64,000 nucleotides of DNA from an uncultured Muribaculaceae bacterium (GCA_964408085.1 CAYOYB010000003.1:18806-82805); one strand, 5' to 3'; positions 51,229 through 61,807 are shown, counted from the stretch's first letter. Made by a program: numbers and translations. The notes: generated by a model from the letters alone, not told the origin.

Positions 51229-51256
51229 TTGTATCATTTATAATTTATTTGTCAAT
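51229..51256 (-). promoter_or_regulatory. sigma-A-type promoter for the thrS leader
   Basis: Minus strand TTGACA-N16/17-TACAAT (rc of tgtcaa 51251-51256 and attgta 51229-51234). Confidence 0.45.
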
Positions 51257-53373
51257 TACTTTTTCATTGTTTTTTTCTTTTGTCTTTGTTCGTCTTTAAC
51301 CTCGTTAGCATAATACTTAAGACAATTTAGATTAGCAGTAGCATTCAATTTATCAATATTATGATAAGAATTGTTAATAGCAAAATCTGCAACCAAACGT
51401 TGAGCAACAATACCTAAATAACTATTTAGTGGTGTCATTATATCTGATTTATATTTTAATTCAAGGTCACTATGTCCTAAATTTTTAGTATCGTAATAAG
51501 CCATGTTGATGTCATCGCAAATGCTTTTATACATAAATTTAAAATCATCTTCAGGTATTTTTGAAAAAATATAATTTAAGTTACTAATTATTTTAACAAA
51601 TTTTTGTTGATCTTGTTCTAAATGATTTCTATATAAAAATGGTAATTTATGAGCTTCAAAATATTTTCCTACAACATAATTTACTAATCCTGCATAAGTC
51701 TTCTCAATTCTTGTAGCTAAATCAGAATACTCATTTTGAGTATTTATTTGATAACTAGCTTGAACAAAAGGTCTATATTTAGAATTTCTACTATTTTTAT
51801 TAAATTCTTGTTTACTAACTTTTTCAGTCAATTTTACATTACTTTTTAAAAACTCAAAATTTCCTACTTGCTCTTTACCACGTAATTCAATACGATAAGT
51901 TAAACAAGGTCTATAATCTTCAGTTGTTAATAACAAACTATCTAATATTTGTTTTTCAAAACATTCATTAATTGAAAACATTTTATTATAAAGAAATTTA
52001 TCTAATGTAGAATATTCTGGAATTAAGCAAGCAACATCTATAGTATGAATTGATAATCGAATATGTCCTTTAGCAGTTAATTCTATTGTATAAGCAAAAT
52101 TACTTTCAGCATTATCTGTCTCAATCATAAAGGTATAGAGATCTTCACCATATTTTTTTCTCTTTTCATCTGCAATCTCTATTTTTTGAATTTGACTTAA
52201 ATTGTGAATCTGATCAGCTAATCCATAACTTCCATTTTGTTCCTCAGCCGTTATTTCCTTTTGATAATTAATACCACTATCTATATTAAATATATTTTTA
52301 ATTGAATCTAAAGCATTTAAAACACTTTCTCTGTTAAAACTACTATTTTTTAAATATAATTCAAATTCCTTTAAAATAGAATCAGTTATCTTTTTATCAT
52401 CTGTATCTAATTTATAAGCTTGATTTTCAACAAATAAATCTATTAATCGTTTATAATATTCTTTATGAATATAATCTTTTTCATGATTTATAAGTTCTTT
52501 TTTATATGCCTCAACATATTTCATTACGATGTTATTAAGAATATGATTATTATTTTTATCTCGTAAATTAAATAATGTTTTATCATAACTAAAAATTCTT
52601 TTTAGATAAATGAAATTATCATCATTATTAATAAAATATTCTAAAACTTCATAACGTCGATCATAATCTTTTTCTTTTGATTTAGCATTCATTTTAATAA
52701 TCGATTTAATGAACTTTTTATTAGATTTTAATATTCTACGTTCAGAACTTTTTTTAGGATACTTTTTATTTTGATATGTTATAGCACTCTTTACTTCGCC
52801 TAATTTTATTATTAAATTTTCATCTAGTAAAAATTCGCTATTAAGATTATAAATGGTAATATATTTTATTATCAAATATAAATACTCATCAAACTCTATT
52901 GGTGATTTTTCTATAATTAAATATTTCCAAATAACAGCAACATCGAGTGGATTAATATTTTCTAGACTTTTAGTCTCAATAAATTTATTTAAAAGTTCTG
53001 ATTGTCTTTTATTAAGTATTATCTTATCTTCCTCGATTGGCTTATTATTTAAATTACTATTTTTTAAAGCTGTACTTTCTCTTTTCTTCAAATAAGTTGA
53101 ATATTTTAATAACAATTCTTTTTCATTAGTTAGAGCATTAATATCACTTTTAGCTTCTACTTTCAATATTCGTTTTTTATTTTGTGGATCTTTAGCATCA
53201 GCCAAACTGATATAAGAAGTTTTATCACCTCTAATTTGACTAATATTTTTATTAATCTCTTTAATTTTTTGATTAATAATAATTAATTTATCATCAGTAT
53301 CTAGACACTTAATACTAGATATAAATTCATTTTTTTCAAATTTTTTTACTAATTTTTGTTCAATTAAATTCAT
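51256..53373 (-). CDS. large hypothetical protein (705 aa) with possible degenerate RNB-like segment
   Basis: Lys-rich N-terminal half. The segment SIHTIDVACLI...STLDKFLYNKMFSIN loosely resembles RNase II/R RNB motifs (HIADVS..., LD..A..R.TS.Y), but the catalytic Asp cluster reads ETDNAES. Confidence 0.5.
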   Translation of the reverse strand: MNLIEQKLVKKFEKNEFISSIKCLDTDDKLIIINQKIKEINKNISQIRGDKTSYISLADAKDPQNKKRILKVEAKSDINALTNEKELLLKYSTYLKKRESTALKNSNLNNKPIEEDKIILNKRQSELLNKFIETKSLENINPLDVAVIWKYLIIEKSPIEFDEYLYLIIKYITIYNLNSEFLLDENLIIKLGEVKSAITYQNKKYPKKSSERRILKSNKKFIKSIIKMNAKSKEKDYDRRYEVLEYFINNDDNFIYLKRIFSYDKTLFNLRDKNNNHILNNIVMKYVEAYKKELINHEKDYIHKEYYKRLIDLFVENQAYKLDTDDKKITDSILKEFELYLKNSSFNRESVLNALDSIKNIFNIDSGINYQKEITAEEQNGSYGLADQIHNLSQIQKIEIADEKRKKYGEDLYTFMIETDNAESNFAYTIELTAKGHIRLSIHTIDVACLIPEYSTLDKFLYNKMFSINECFEKQILDSLLLTTEDYRPCLTYRIELRGKEQVGNFEFLKSNVKLTEKVSKQEFNKNSRNSKYRPFVQASYQINTQNEYSDLATRIEKTYAGLVNYVVGKYFEAHKLPFLYRNHLEQDQQKFVKIISNLNYIFSKIPEDDFKFMYKSICDDINMAYYDTKNLGHSDLELKYKSDIMTPLNSYLGIVAQRLVADFAINNSYHNIDKLNATANLNCLKYYANEVKDEQRQKKKTMKK

Positions 53374-53396
53374 TTTAAATCCCCCTGCTACATTTT

Positions 53397-54314
53397 TTAA
53401 TTTCTTAAATTTTGACTTATCATTTCTATTTGCGATGTTAATTGTTTTATTCTTTCAGTAATTCTACCTGCTTTTATCACATCAATTCCATCTCGTGTTA
53501 CACTCAAATGTTCTTTTAATTGTTCTAAAGTTAAATTTGAGGTAAAAAAGGTTGGTAATTTTTGTTCCATACGATACTGAACTAGTGGACATAAAATTTC
53601 ATCTCTCCCCCACTGAGTAATCGCTTCAGCACCAATATCATCAATTAATAAAATTGGTGATTTTTTAGCTAATTCGTATTTTTCATTATAATCATTTTGA
53701 AACGATGCTTTTAATTCTCTTAAGAAATCTGGCCAAAATACGATTGTACTTTTAAAATTCTTTTTCGCTAATTCGTTTAACATAGCTGTTAATAAATAGG
53801 TTTTGCCACTTCCAAAATTACCACATAAATATAATCCTTTTAAATGTCTATCTTTTTCATAATTAGTTATAAAATCTTTGATAGAAGAAATGGCTTTAAA
53901 TCTATTTTTATCATTTGTAAAAATATCTTTCATTTTTGCATCTTTTAAATAAACTGATGAACCAATAACATTTATATTTTTTAAATAACTATTTTGTTCT
54001 TCTAATTTTTTTAAATATTTACATTTTTTATATTTAAAAATTAGAGCATTATTTTTTACAATTGGAAGATACGCTAATCCTTCTATTTCATTTTTACATT
54101 CTAAAATTGATTCACAATTTTGGCAATTATGATATTCTAAACTAGATTTTTCTAAAGATGAGGTATAATTTTGCAAGTGCTCACGACTTAATTTTAAATG
54201 TGAAACTAAATCTTTGAATTTTTGTTCTTTAAGTGCCTCATCATAATTTTTCTTTAAATCGTCATTATAATCTTTATCATATAAATTTTTAACACTATCT
54301 TTTATTGTTTTCAT
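53397..54314 (-). CDS. dnaI: primosomal helicase loader DnaI
   Basis: N-terminal zinc module (CQNCESILEC) and AAA+ DnaC/DnaI ATPase (LCGNFGSGKTYLLTAMLNELAKK, Walker B LLIDDIG). Confidence 0.85.
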   Translation of the reverse strand: MKTIKDSVKNLYDKDYNDDLKKNYDEALKEQKFKDLVSHLKLSREHLQNYTSSLEKSSLEYHNCQNCESILECKNEIEGLAYLPIVKNNALIFKYKKCKYLKKLEEQNSYLKNINVIGSSVYLKDAKMKDIFTNDKNRFKAISSIKDFITNYEKDRHLKGLYLCGNFGSGKTYLLTAMLNELAKKNFKSTIVFWPDFLRELKASFQNDYNEKYELAKKSPILLIDDIGAEAITQWGRDEILCPLVQYRMEQKLPTFFTSNLTLEQLKEHLSVTRDGIDVIKAGRITERIKQLTSQIEMISQNLRN

Positions 54315-54321
54315 ACATCAC

Positions 54322-55611
54322 CTACTTAAATTCACTTAGCATTTTTTGCATTTCTTCTTGTTCTTCTAAAGTTGCAACATCTGCATTAATATTCTTATCA
54401 AACCAATCTGGTTTTTTTATTTCTTTTTTAGGTTTTATTTTAGTTTCTGTTATTTTTTGTCGTTTTTTATATTCTTTACCAGCAATATTCATAGCCTCTT
54501 CAACTGTTTTAATATTACTTCTAAGCCACTGACTAGCAATTGTTTCAACGAATGTTCGATTAAGCTTATTGTCATTGATTTTAAGTACATAATCAATTAA
54601 CACATTAACTACACCAGGCATCATGTTTAAATCAACTAATAGATAAGCAACAATATTTAAATCAGCAGCAGATGGCTTTATACCACCATTTTTACTAGTC
54701 AAAAATTCATATGGTGAAACAGTTTCAAATTGATAAATAATTTTTGATTTTTTTGAGGTATCAGAAATATTTTTTCTTAGATATTCTGGTTGCTTTTTAT
54801 AAATAATTGTTGGTAAAGTCCCAGCATTTTCAAATTTATAATACTTTTCACAATTATTTTTTAATAATTCAATATTTATTTTTCTTTTCTCATCAATTGA
54901 ATTCATAATTATTTCTTGCATTTGTTCATTATTAAAACTATATATAAAAGCCAATTTTAAAATAGTATCTTTTATTTCTTTATTAATTAGTCTTAAATTT
55001 ATTTGCTCTTCAGGTATTAAAGCAAGCATCTCGTTTAAATTAATTTTATCAGAAATAATTATTTTTCCTTTATTATTCGCTTTAATATCTCCATAATAAT
55101 CTAAGGTTGGACTATTTACTGCATAATAGACATCACTAAATGAAGAGGTTATATTTTCATATTCTGTTAAATTCAAATTTGGCAAGCGATAGTAACTAAT
55201 TATTTTTTCAAATTCAGCTTGTCCAATATTACTTAATAATGATGTGTTTAAAATTGGATTATTAAAAAATTCATAAGCATTTAAAGGAGCATATAATTCA
55301 TATATATAGTTATTAACACTACCTTTTTTATAATAAGTTTTTAGCAATCCAATACCTTCTAATTTTTCTCTAGATGCTAAAATAGTATCTAAAGCTAATT
55401 GAGTATTAGTCATAAGATGATGGTGTGTCCATTCAAGTGAAAATATCTCTGATTTATCTAGATATGCCCAAAGGGAAAAATAAAGATTGGCTGCTAAAGC
55501 ACCTATAATTGGTTGATATAAATTTATAATTAATTTTTTATCATAGTCAGTTAGAATTGTTTTATTAACAACTACAAAAGTATCGGCTGGTAATAAGGCA
55601 ACATTCATCAT
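54322..55611 (-). CDS. dnaB: Bacillus-type replication initiation/membrane attachment protein DnaB (DnaD-like domains)
   Basis: N-terminus LPADTFVVVNKTILTDYDKKLIINLYQPIIGALAANLYFSLWAYL matches B. subtilis DnaB (…LTLLYQPLIGA…LY..LW). ATG at 55611 follows GGGGGTGA; the ORF-track GTG at 55617 lies inside the SD. Confidence 0.75.
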   Translation of the reverse strand: MMNVALLPADTFVVVNKTILTDYDKKLIINLYQPIIGALAANLYFSLWAYLDKSEIFSLEWTHHHLMTNTQLALDTILASREKLEGIGLLKTYYKKGSVNNYIYELYAPLNAYEFFNNPILNTSLLSNIGQAEFEKIISYYRLPNLNLTEYENITSSFSDVYYAVNSPTLDYYGDIKANNKGKIIISDKINLNEMLALIPEEQINLRLINKEIKDTILKLAFIYSFNNEQMQEIIMNSIDEKRKINIELLKNNCEKYYKFENAGTLPTIIYKKQPEYLRKNISDTSKKSKIIYQFETVSPYEFLTSKNGGIKPSAADLNIVAYLLVDLNMMPGVVNVLIDYVLKINDNKLNRTFVETIASQWLRSNIKTVEEAMNIAGKEYKKRQKITETKIKPKKEIKKPDWFDKNINADVATLEEQEEMQKMLSEFK

Positions 55612-55706
55612 ATTCACCCCCTGAACAAATTTCTATTTTTATTTTAACATATTCTTAAAAAAAAAGAAATTGATTAATAAAAAAATAAAAGCAATAATTG
55701 CTTTTA

Positions 55707-56138
55707 TTATTCAGGTATAGCCACATTTACACTATATTCTACTTTAGCTGCTTTAGATAAATCTAGATTACATGGTGTAGTATAAAATACTTCTGCGTCA
55801 TTTTCTAAAGTTTCATTAACAGTACTTGTTAAAATAGTAAGAATTTGACCATCTTTATCAGTAACAGTCATTTGATAATTCTCTAATGTAAAGATTTCTC
55901 CAGAACGATTTGTAACTTTAGTAACAATTGATGATATACCATCTTCAATTTTAAAAGTTGTATTTTCAAATACAATTCCATCAACATTTTTTTCGCCAAT
56001 TACATTTTCATCGGTAATGACTGTAGCATTTTCACCATTATTAGTTTTATTATCATTATCTCCATTTTTTCTAGTACATGAACATCCTGATAAGAACAGT
56101 GTTCCTATTAGCATTGATAAAATAATTTTTTTCTTCAT
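55707..56138 (-). CDS. lipoprotein (paralog of 61350..61784)
   Basis: Lipobox LFLSGCSC. 143 aa. Shares the TxTSITxDGxxSxIVxxVTNxS block with the paralog. Confidence 0.6.
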   Translation of the reverse strand: MKKKIILSMLIGTLFLSGCSCTRKNGDNDNKTNNGENATVITDENVIGEKNVDGIVFENTTFKIEDGISSIVTKVTNRSGEIFTLENYQMTVTDKDGQILTILTSTVNETLENDAEVFYTTPCNLDLSKAAKVEYSVNVAIPE

Positions 56139-56183
56139 AAATCTATCCTCCTACTATTAGTATATCATGTTTATTTATTACAA

Positions 56184-58298
56184 TCAATATTTTTTTACTT
56201 CAACCATTTCATAAGCTTCAATAATATCGCCCTCTTTTAAATCGTTGTAATTTTCAATTGTAATACCACATTCAAGACCCTTTTTAACTTCTTTAACAGA
56301 GTCTTTTTCTCTTTGAAGCGAATTTATATTTCCATCATATATAACAATGCTGTCTCTTATAATTCGAGCTTTAGCATTACTTTTTATAATACCATCAACT
56401 ACATAACTTCCAGCAATTGAGCCAACACGAGAAAATTTAAATATTTTTCTGATTTCAGCACTTCCTAATATCTTTTCTTCTAAGACAGGGTCTAACATAC
56501 CTTTCATAGCTGCTTCCATCTCTTCAACAACTTTATATATAATATTGTATAATCTAATTTCTACATTGTTATCTGCAGCATATTCTTTTAATTTATTATT
56601 TGGTCTAACATTAAAACCAATAATTATAGCTTGTGAAGCCTTAGCTAAAACAATATCACTTTCGGTAATTGCTCCAACGCTACTACGTATAACGTTAACT
56701 TTAACATCTTCAACATCAAGTTTTTCTAAAGCATTTTTAACAGCTTCACTACTACCATTAACATCAGCTTTTATAATTACATTGATTTCTTTAGCGCCAT
56801 CTTTTATTTTCGAGAATAAATCTTCTAAAGTTACAGCAGTTGTTTTGTGATTTTGAGCCAATCTAGAATTAGTTTTTCTAGTCTCTCCAATATTACGAGC
56901 TTGTTTTTCAGTTTCAAATGACATAAATTTATCACCAGCCATTGGTGTTTCATTTAAGCCTGTTATTTCGACAGGTGTTGATGGGATAGCTTCGATAATT
57001 TCTTCATTTTTATCATTTTTTAAAGTTCTAACTTTTCCATAAGCAGTTCCAACAACAATTGGGTCCCCTAGTCTTAAAGTTCCATTTTGAACTAAAAGGG
57101 TAACAACTGGTCCAACTTGTTTATCAAGACGTGATTCAATAACTGTACCAATTGCATATCTTTTTGGGTTAGCTTTATAACTTTGCATATCTGCTATCAA
57201 CAAAATATTTTCTAATAATGAATCAATTCCAATATTATTTTTAGCTGAAATTTGATTATATAATGTATCTCCACCCCAAGTATCTGGTATTAAACCATAA
57301 TCTGATAATTCTGTCATAACCCTCTCTGGATTAGCGCCTGGTTTATCAATTTTATTAATAGCAACAATGATTGGAACATTAGCTGCCTTTGCATGATCAA
57401 TAGCTTCTTTTGTTTGTGGCATAACACCATCATCAGCAGCAACTATTATGATAACAATATCAGTTATTCCTGCTCCTCTAGCACGCATTTCTGTAAAAGC
57501 TGCATGGCCTGGTGTATCAATAAAAGTTATTTTTTCATCATTACACATTACTTGATATGCACTTATAGCTTGCGTAATTCCACCAGCTTCACCATCGGCA
57601 ACATTGCTCTTTCGAATTGTATCAAGTAAAGTAGTTTTTCCATGGTCAACATGTCCCATAATTGTTACAACAGGAGCTCTTTTAACCAAATCTGCTTCAT
57701 TATCAATAATTTCGTATTCTTCAAAATTAGTAACATCAGCTGTTTCTTCTCTTTTTAGTTCTTTATTATAATCAGCAACTAATAGTTCAGCTGTTTCAAA
57801 AGTAATGCTGTTATTAACTGTTGCCATTATACCTAAAAGGAATAATTTTTTAACTAATTCAGTAGAAGGAACATTAAGTAGACTAGCTAATTTTCCTACT
57901 GTCATATCCTCACTATATAAAACAACATTTTCATTGTTAGATGGATTATTAGCCATTAATTTTTCTTTATTTTTATACATTTCTTTCTTTTTAATAGCAA
58001 GATCTTTATTATTTTTCTTAATATTATTGACCTTTTTCTTTATTTTTTTTACCTTTTCATCGTTAACATCTTCTTTAGATGTTTCAATTATATCTTGGTC
58101 TTGATCTGTATAATTATCTACTACAACCTCTTCCTCTACACCTGCATCGCTTGCAAAAGCATTATCTAAGATAACAATTGCGTCTTCATCTAACAAATCG
58201 CTTTCTCCATTAACTAAAATATCCAATGAATCACACTTTTTTAAAACCTCATCAACAGATTTTTTTATATCTTCGGCATATTCAAATACAGACATCAT
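56184..58298 (-). CDS. infB: translation initiation factor IF-2
   Basis: GTPase G1-G4 ([21 protein letters not shown]) and C-terminal beta-barrel domains. ATG at 58298 follows GAGGTGA. Confidence 0.95.
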   Translation of the reverse strand: MMSVFEYAEDIKKSVDEVLKKCDSLDILVNGESDLLDEDAIVILDNAFASDAGVEEEVVVDNYTDQDQDIIETSKEDVNDEKVKKIKKKVNNIKKNNKDLAIKKKEMYKNKEKLMANNPSNNENVVLYSEDMTVGKLASLLNVPSTELVKKLFLLGIMATVNNSITFETAELLVADYNKELKREETADVTNFEEYEIIDNEADLVKRAPVVTIMGHVDHGKTTLLDTIRKSNVADGEAGGITQAISAYQVMCNDEKITFIDTPGHAAFTEMRARGAGITDIVIIIVAADDGVMPQTKEAIDHAKAANVPIIVAINKIDKPGANPERVMTELSDYGLIPDTWGGDTLYNQISAKNNIGIDSLLENILLIADMQSYKANPKRYAIGTVIESRLDKQVGPVVTLLVQNGTLRLGDPIVVGTAYGKVRTLKNDKNEEIIEAIPSTPVEITGLNETPMAGDKFMSFETEKQARNIGETRKTNSRLAQNHKTTAVTLEDLFSKIKDGAKEINVIIKADVNGSSEAVKNALEKLDVEDVKVNVIRSSVGAITESDIVLAKASQAIIIGFNVRPNNKLKEYAADNNVEIRLYNIIYKVVEEMEAAMKGMLDPVLEEKILGSAEIRKIFKFSRVGSIAGSYVVDGIIKSNAKARIIRDSIVIYDGNINSLQREKDSVKEVKKGLECGITIENYNDLKEGDIIEAYEMVEVKKY

Positions 58299-58314
58299 AG
58301 AAATCACCTCTTTC

Positions 58315-58575
58315 TTATTTTACTAATTCACATAACTCATCATAAATTTCTACTGGAACATTCATTTCAAGGACTCTATCTAGAATCTTACTTTTTTTAG
58401 CTTTTTCAAAAACATTTATGTCTTTTTTTAAGTAAGCTCCTCTTCCGTTTAATTTTCCAGTCGAATCAACAACAATACTACCCTCTGGTGTTCTTACTAC
58501 CCTAATTAAATCTTGTTTAGCGCATTTTTCTTTCGTTATTACACAACTGCGCATAGGAATCTTTTTTGTTTTCAA
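58315..58575 (-). CDS. ylxR: YlxR/DUF448 RNA-binding protein
   Basis: [24 protein letters not shown] matches the YlxR motif (R.C..C). Conserved position between nusA and infB. Probable TTG start at 58575 after GAGGTGA; the track GTG at 58584 lies inside the SD. Confidence 0.7.
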   Translation of the reverse strand: MKTKKIPMRSCVITKEKCAKQDLIRVVRTPEGSIVVDSTGKLNGRGAYLKKDINVFEKAKKSKILDRVLEMNVPVEIYDELCELVK

Positions 58576-58593
58576 TTTTATCACCTCACAAGA

Positions 58594-59808
58594 TTAAATA
58601 ACAATATTTATGCCCTCTTCTTTAGCTTGTTCATATGTTTTTACATCTAATTTATAATGTGTTAAACGAGCAGCTAAACGGATATTTAAACCTTTTTTAC
58701 CAATAGCTAATGATAAGTTGTCTTGGTCAACAATAACCATAGCTTCACGCTTTTTCTCATCAGTTACAAAAATACTTAAATTTTTAGCTGGACTTAAAGC
58801 ATTTTCAATAAATTGTTTAGAATCACTATTATATTCTACAATATCAATTTTTTCACCATTTAATTCTTCAATAATTTTGCTTATACGAGAACCTTTTTCA
58901 CCTATACAAGAACCAATCGCATCTACATTACTATTTTCTGAATAAACAGCTATCTTAGTTCTGTTTCCAGCTTCTCTAGCAACACTATAAACTAAAATTA
59001 TTCCTTCATTAATTTCTGGTATTTCCAATTCAAATAATCTTTTAACAAAACCATAATGATTTCGTGACAATAGAATAAGAGGACCTTTTCCACTAGTTTC
59101 TACTTTAGTTATATAAACTTTTAAGCTAGAACCCATTTTAATTGTTTCTCCAGGAATAATTTCTGTTTTAGGTAATATTCCTTGGGTTCTACCTAAATCA
59201 ATATAATAATTTCTAGAATCTTCCATCGCAACGATACCAACCATTAATTCATCTTGTTTATCACTAAATTCGTCAATTATTGTATTTCTTTCAGCTTCAC
59301 GAATTTTTTGAATAACTACTTGTTTAGCAGTTGCAGCAGCTACTCTACCAAAGTCTTTAGGTGTAACTTCTTGTTCAATTGTTTCTCCTACCTTAATATT
59401 AGGAACCATTTTTTCTGCCTCTTCTTGTGTTAGGTGAATTCTTTCATCAAAGTAAATTATTTCTGGTTCATCATCCTCTTCATCTTCCTCAATATTATCA
59501 ACTTGATCTGTAGGAATTGTCTCTTTTGTATCGACAGATGATTTAGTTTCTCCTCCATCTGTATCAGCAGCTACAGGTAAACTTGTAACCTCACCATGAT
59601 CATTAACTTCAACAACAGTTTTATAAGAATAAATATGAATTTCTCCACTAGTTCTATCAATATCAACACGTACGTTTGATAATGAATGATAATTCTTTTT
59701 ATATGCTGAAGTAAGAGCTAATTCCATCGCATCATAAATAATATCTTCAGAAATACCTTTTTCTTTAGATAATAAATCAACAGCTTTTTTAAATTCTTTT
59801 GTTTCCAT
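58594..59808 (-). CDS. nusA: transcription termination/antitermination factor NusA
   Basis: METKEFKKAVDLLSKEKGISEDIIYDAMELALTSAYKKN is the NusA N-terminus, followed by S1 and two KH domains. The start at 59808 is 1 nt after the rimP stop; the ORF-track extension to 59841 was rejected. Confidence 0.95.
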   Translation of the reverse strand: METKEFKKAVDLLSKEKGISEDIIYDAMELALTSAYKKNYHSLSNVRVDIDRTSGEIHIYSYKTVVEVNDHGEVTSLPVAADTDGGETKSSVDTKETIPTDQVDNIEEDEEDDEPEIIYFDERIHLTQEEAEKMVPNIKVGETIEQEVTPKDFGRVAAATAKQVVIQKIREAERNTIIDEFSDKQDELMVGIVAMEDSRNYYIDLGRTQGILPKTEIIPGETIKMGSSLKVYITKVETSGKGPLILLSRNHYGFVKRLFELEIPEINEGIILVYSVAREAGNRTKIAVYSENSNVDAIGSCIGEKGSRISKIIEELNGEKIDIVEYNSDSKQFIENALSPAKNLSIFVTDEKKREAMVIVDQDNLSLAIGKKGLNIRLAARLTHYKLDVKTYEQAKEEGINIVI

Positions 59809-59809
59809 T

Positions 59810-60064
59810 TTACTCACAACCTTTCTCTTTTGAACAAACATCTAAAATATATTTATCATCAATTGGATCTTGCTCATCCAAAATAGGATTAACTAAATTA
59901 CTAATGATAACACAATCATCTACTGTAATTATATCTTTTTTATCAATTATTAGTCTTAAAAAATTATTACCATTTTCTTTTTCATAAACAACACTATCAA
60001 GTATATATCCTTGTTCTGTTATTGTCTTTTCTAACATTTGACGTATTTTATCTTCAATTTCCAT
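59810..60064 (-). CDS. rimP: ribosome maturation factor RimP (N-terminal domain only, 84 aa)
   Basis: VVYEKENGNNFLRLIIDKKDIITVDDCVIISNLVNPILDEQDPI matches the RimP N-domain. No room for the usual C-terminal domain before nusA. Confidence 0.7.
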   Translation of the reverse strand: MEIEDKIRQMLEKTITEQGYILDSVVYEKENGNNFLRLIIDKKDIITVDDCVIISNLVNPILDEQDPIDDKYILDVCSKEKGCE

Positions 60065-60071
60065 AATTCCT

Positions 60072-60109
60072 CCAAATTTAAATTTAAAGAGTGGGAAACC
60101 CCACTCTTC
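60072..60109 (-). terminator. leader terminator/attenuator immediately upstream of rimP-nusA-ylxR-infB
   Basis: Perfect 10-bp stem aagagtgggg-aaa-ccccactctt followed on the minus strand by uaaauuuaaauuu, abutting the rimP RBS GGAGGA. Confidence 0.55.
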
Positions 60110-60125
60110 GTCATGTCTAAAATGA

Positions 60126-60154
60126 TTATAACATAATGCTAGTTAATTAGCAAC
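60126..60154 (-). promoter_or_regulatory. sigma-A promoter of the rimP-nusA operon
   Basis: Minus strand TTGCTA-N17-TGtTATAAT (rc of tagcaa 60149-60154 and attataaca 60126-60134). Confidence 0.5.
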
Positions 60155-60190
60155 CCTTTTTAATAACTTAATTAAATATCAAAAAAACTA

Positions 60191-61027
60191 TTAATATAAG
60201 CTGCTTACTTGTTCATAAGTTAACCCTGTCACATCTACTATAAAATCTATATCTACATTTTTATTGATTAAATTTTTAGCTAGCATATTTTTTTCTTGAC
60301 TAATCCCTAAGGAAATGCCTTCTCTTTTTCCTTTAATTTCTCCCTCAAGCTTTCCAACTTTATACGCTGTATCATAATGTTCTGTTTCATTCATCATTAA
60401 TTTTTCTATATCTTCCATCTTTTTATATTCCTCACTATCTAAATTATAATCTTTTATTTTCTCTAATATTTCTTGATATGTTTTATCTTGTATTATTTTT
60501 TCTAATTTAAAAATATCTTTACAATTAAATAATTTTACTAATTCATAATACTTATTTTGTTTATTTCCTTTATCTACTTTACTTAAATTAAATATTTGAT
60601 ACTCTAACTTTCTAGTAAATATCTTGTTTTTCTTTTTTAATCTAATTATATCTTTTATCTCATCATTAAATAATGGATAATTTATTATTGCATAAACTTT
60701 AATACTTTTTAAATTTTGATAATCCTCTCCTTCTTTTAAACAATGATTATGTATTACTGCTGATGAATAAAATAATAATCTATCACAAAAATTATATCTA
60801 TCGATATTTTGTAATTCTAGTATTACTATTTCTCCATCAATATTAAGTAACATATCTACTATTCCTACTTTACCATTTTTATTTAATTTAAATAATTCTG
60901 TATTTAGATATGATATATTACCTGCTTCAACATTAAAGAAATCTAATAATAATTTTTTTAAATATAACTCATTACTAAATATTTTCTTGAATAAGTAATC
61001 ATTTTCTAATGTATAAAACCTCTTCAT
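60191..61027 (-). CDS. Rpn-family recombination-promoting nuclease / putative transposase (PD-(D/E)XK)
   Basis: N-terminal ENDYLFKKIFSNE..LLLDFF and C-terminal repeats GKLEGEIKGKREGISLGISQEKNMLAKNLINKNVDIDFIVDVTGLTYEQV are typical of Rpn/YhgA-like proteins. Confidence 0.65.
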   Translation of the reverse strand: MKRFYTLENDYLFKKIFSNELYLKKLLLDFFNVEAGNISYLNTELFKLNKNGKVGIVDMLLNIDGEIVILELQNIDRYNFCDRLLFYSSAVIHNHCLKEGEDYQNLKSIKVYAIINYPLFNDEIKDIIRLKKKNKIFTRKLEYQIFNLSKVDKGNKQNKYYELVKLFNCKDIFKLEKIIQDKTYQEILEKIKDYNLDSEEYKKMEDIEKLMMNETEHYDTAYKVGKLEGEIKGKREGISLGISQEKNMLAKNLINKNVDIDFIVDVTGLTYEQVSSLY

Positions 61028-61349
61028 AATGTTACTTTATAGTTAAATTATATATTATATTTTTTACGACGTCAATATTAAAATAAATATATATTTAACA
61101 TCTTATCCACCTCCAATTATTAACATACATTAAATATTTTAAAAATCCTTTTAAAATACAAAAAAACTTTAAAAATTAAATTTAAAGTTTTTTCTATTTT
61201 CTTTATTATTAAAGAGGAATTGTTAATATAAATATATATATCTATAAAGTAGTAATTTGGATTCACACTAATTTTTTTTATTTTAAAATTTATTTATATT
61301 AACTTAACCTATAATATATATTAAATACATATTACCTTAATTTAATAAA

Positions 61350-61784
61350 CTATCTAATTATTTTATATTCAATATTTGTTGCTTTTCTTAAGTCTTTATC
61401 GACTGAATTTTCAGCTGTTCTTGTTTGTTTACCTTTTAACTTTTCTCCAAAGTAGACACTCATTTCAATAGTTTTTTCATTACCTTGTTCGTCAGTGTAT
61501 GTTATATATGCCATTACTGTTGACAAGCTTATTTCTTCTTCACTATTATTTGTTACTTGACTTACTATCTTTGACATATTTCCATCATATGTTATTGATG
61601 TATTCGTAAACGATAAAGTTTCTACTGTTTTATCACTAACCATATCTTCATTTGTTATATTGACTGGATTTTCTACACTTGGTTCATTTGTATTTGTTTT
61701 ATTATCAATATTCTCTTTTTTATTACATCCACATCCTGTTAGTATTGTTACTAACAGGATGGATGTTATTACTATTTTTTTCAT
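61350..61784 (-). CDS. lipoprotein (paralog of 55707..56138)
   Basis: Lipobox ILTGCGC. 144 aa. Confidence 0.6.
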   Translation of the reverse strand: MKKIVITSILLVTILTGCGCNKKENIDNKTNTNEPSVENPVNITNEDMVSDKTVETLSFTNTSITYDGNMSKIVSQVTNNSEEEISLSTVMAYITYTDEQGNEKTIEMSVYFGEKLKGKQTRTAENSVDKDLRKATNIEYKIIR

Positions 61785-61807
61785 TTGTTAATCCTTTCTT
61801 TTTTTCT

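Noticed and set aside
59809-59841. NusA N-terminal extension MFVQKRKVVSK
   Set aside because: The NusA conserved N-terminus begins at METKEF (59808). The extension overlaps the rimP 3' end.
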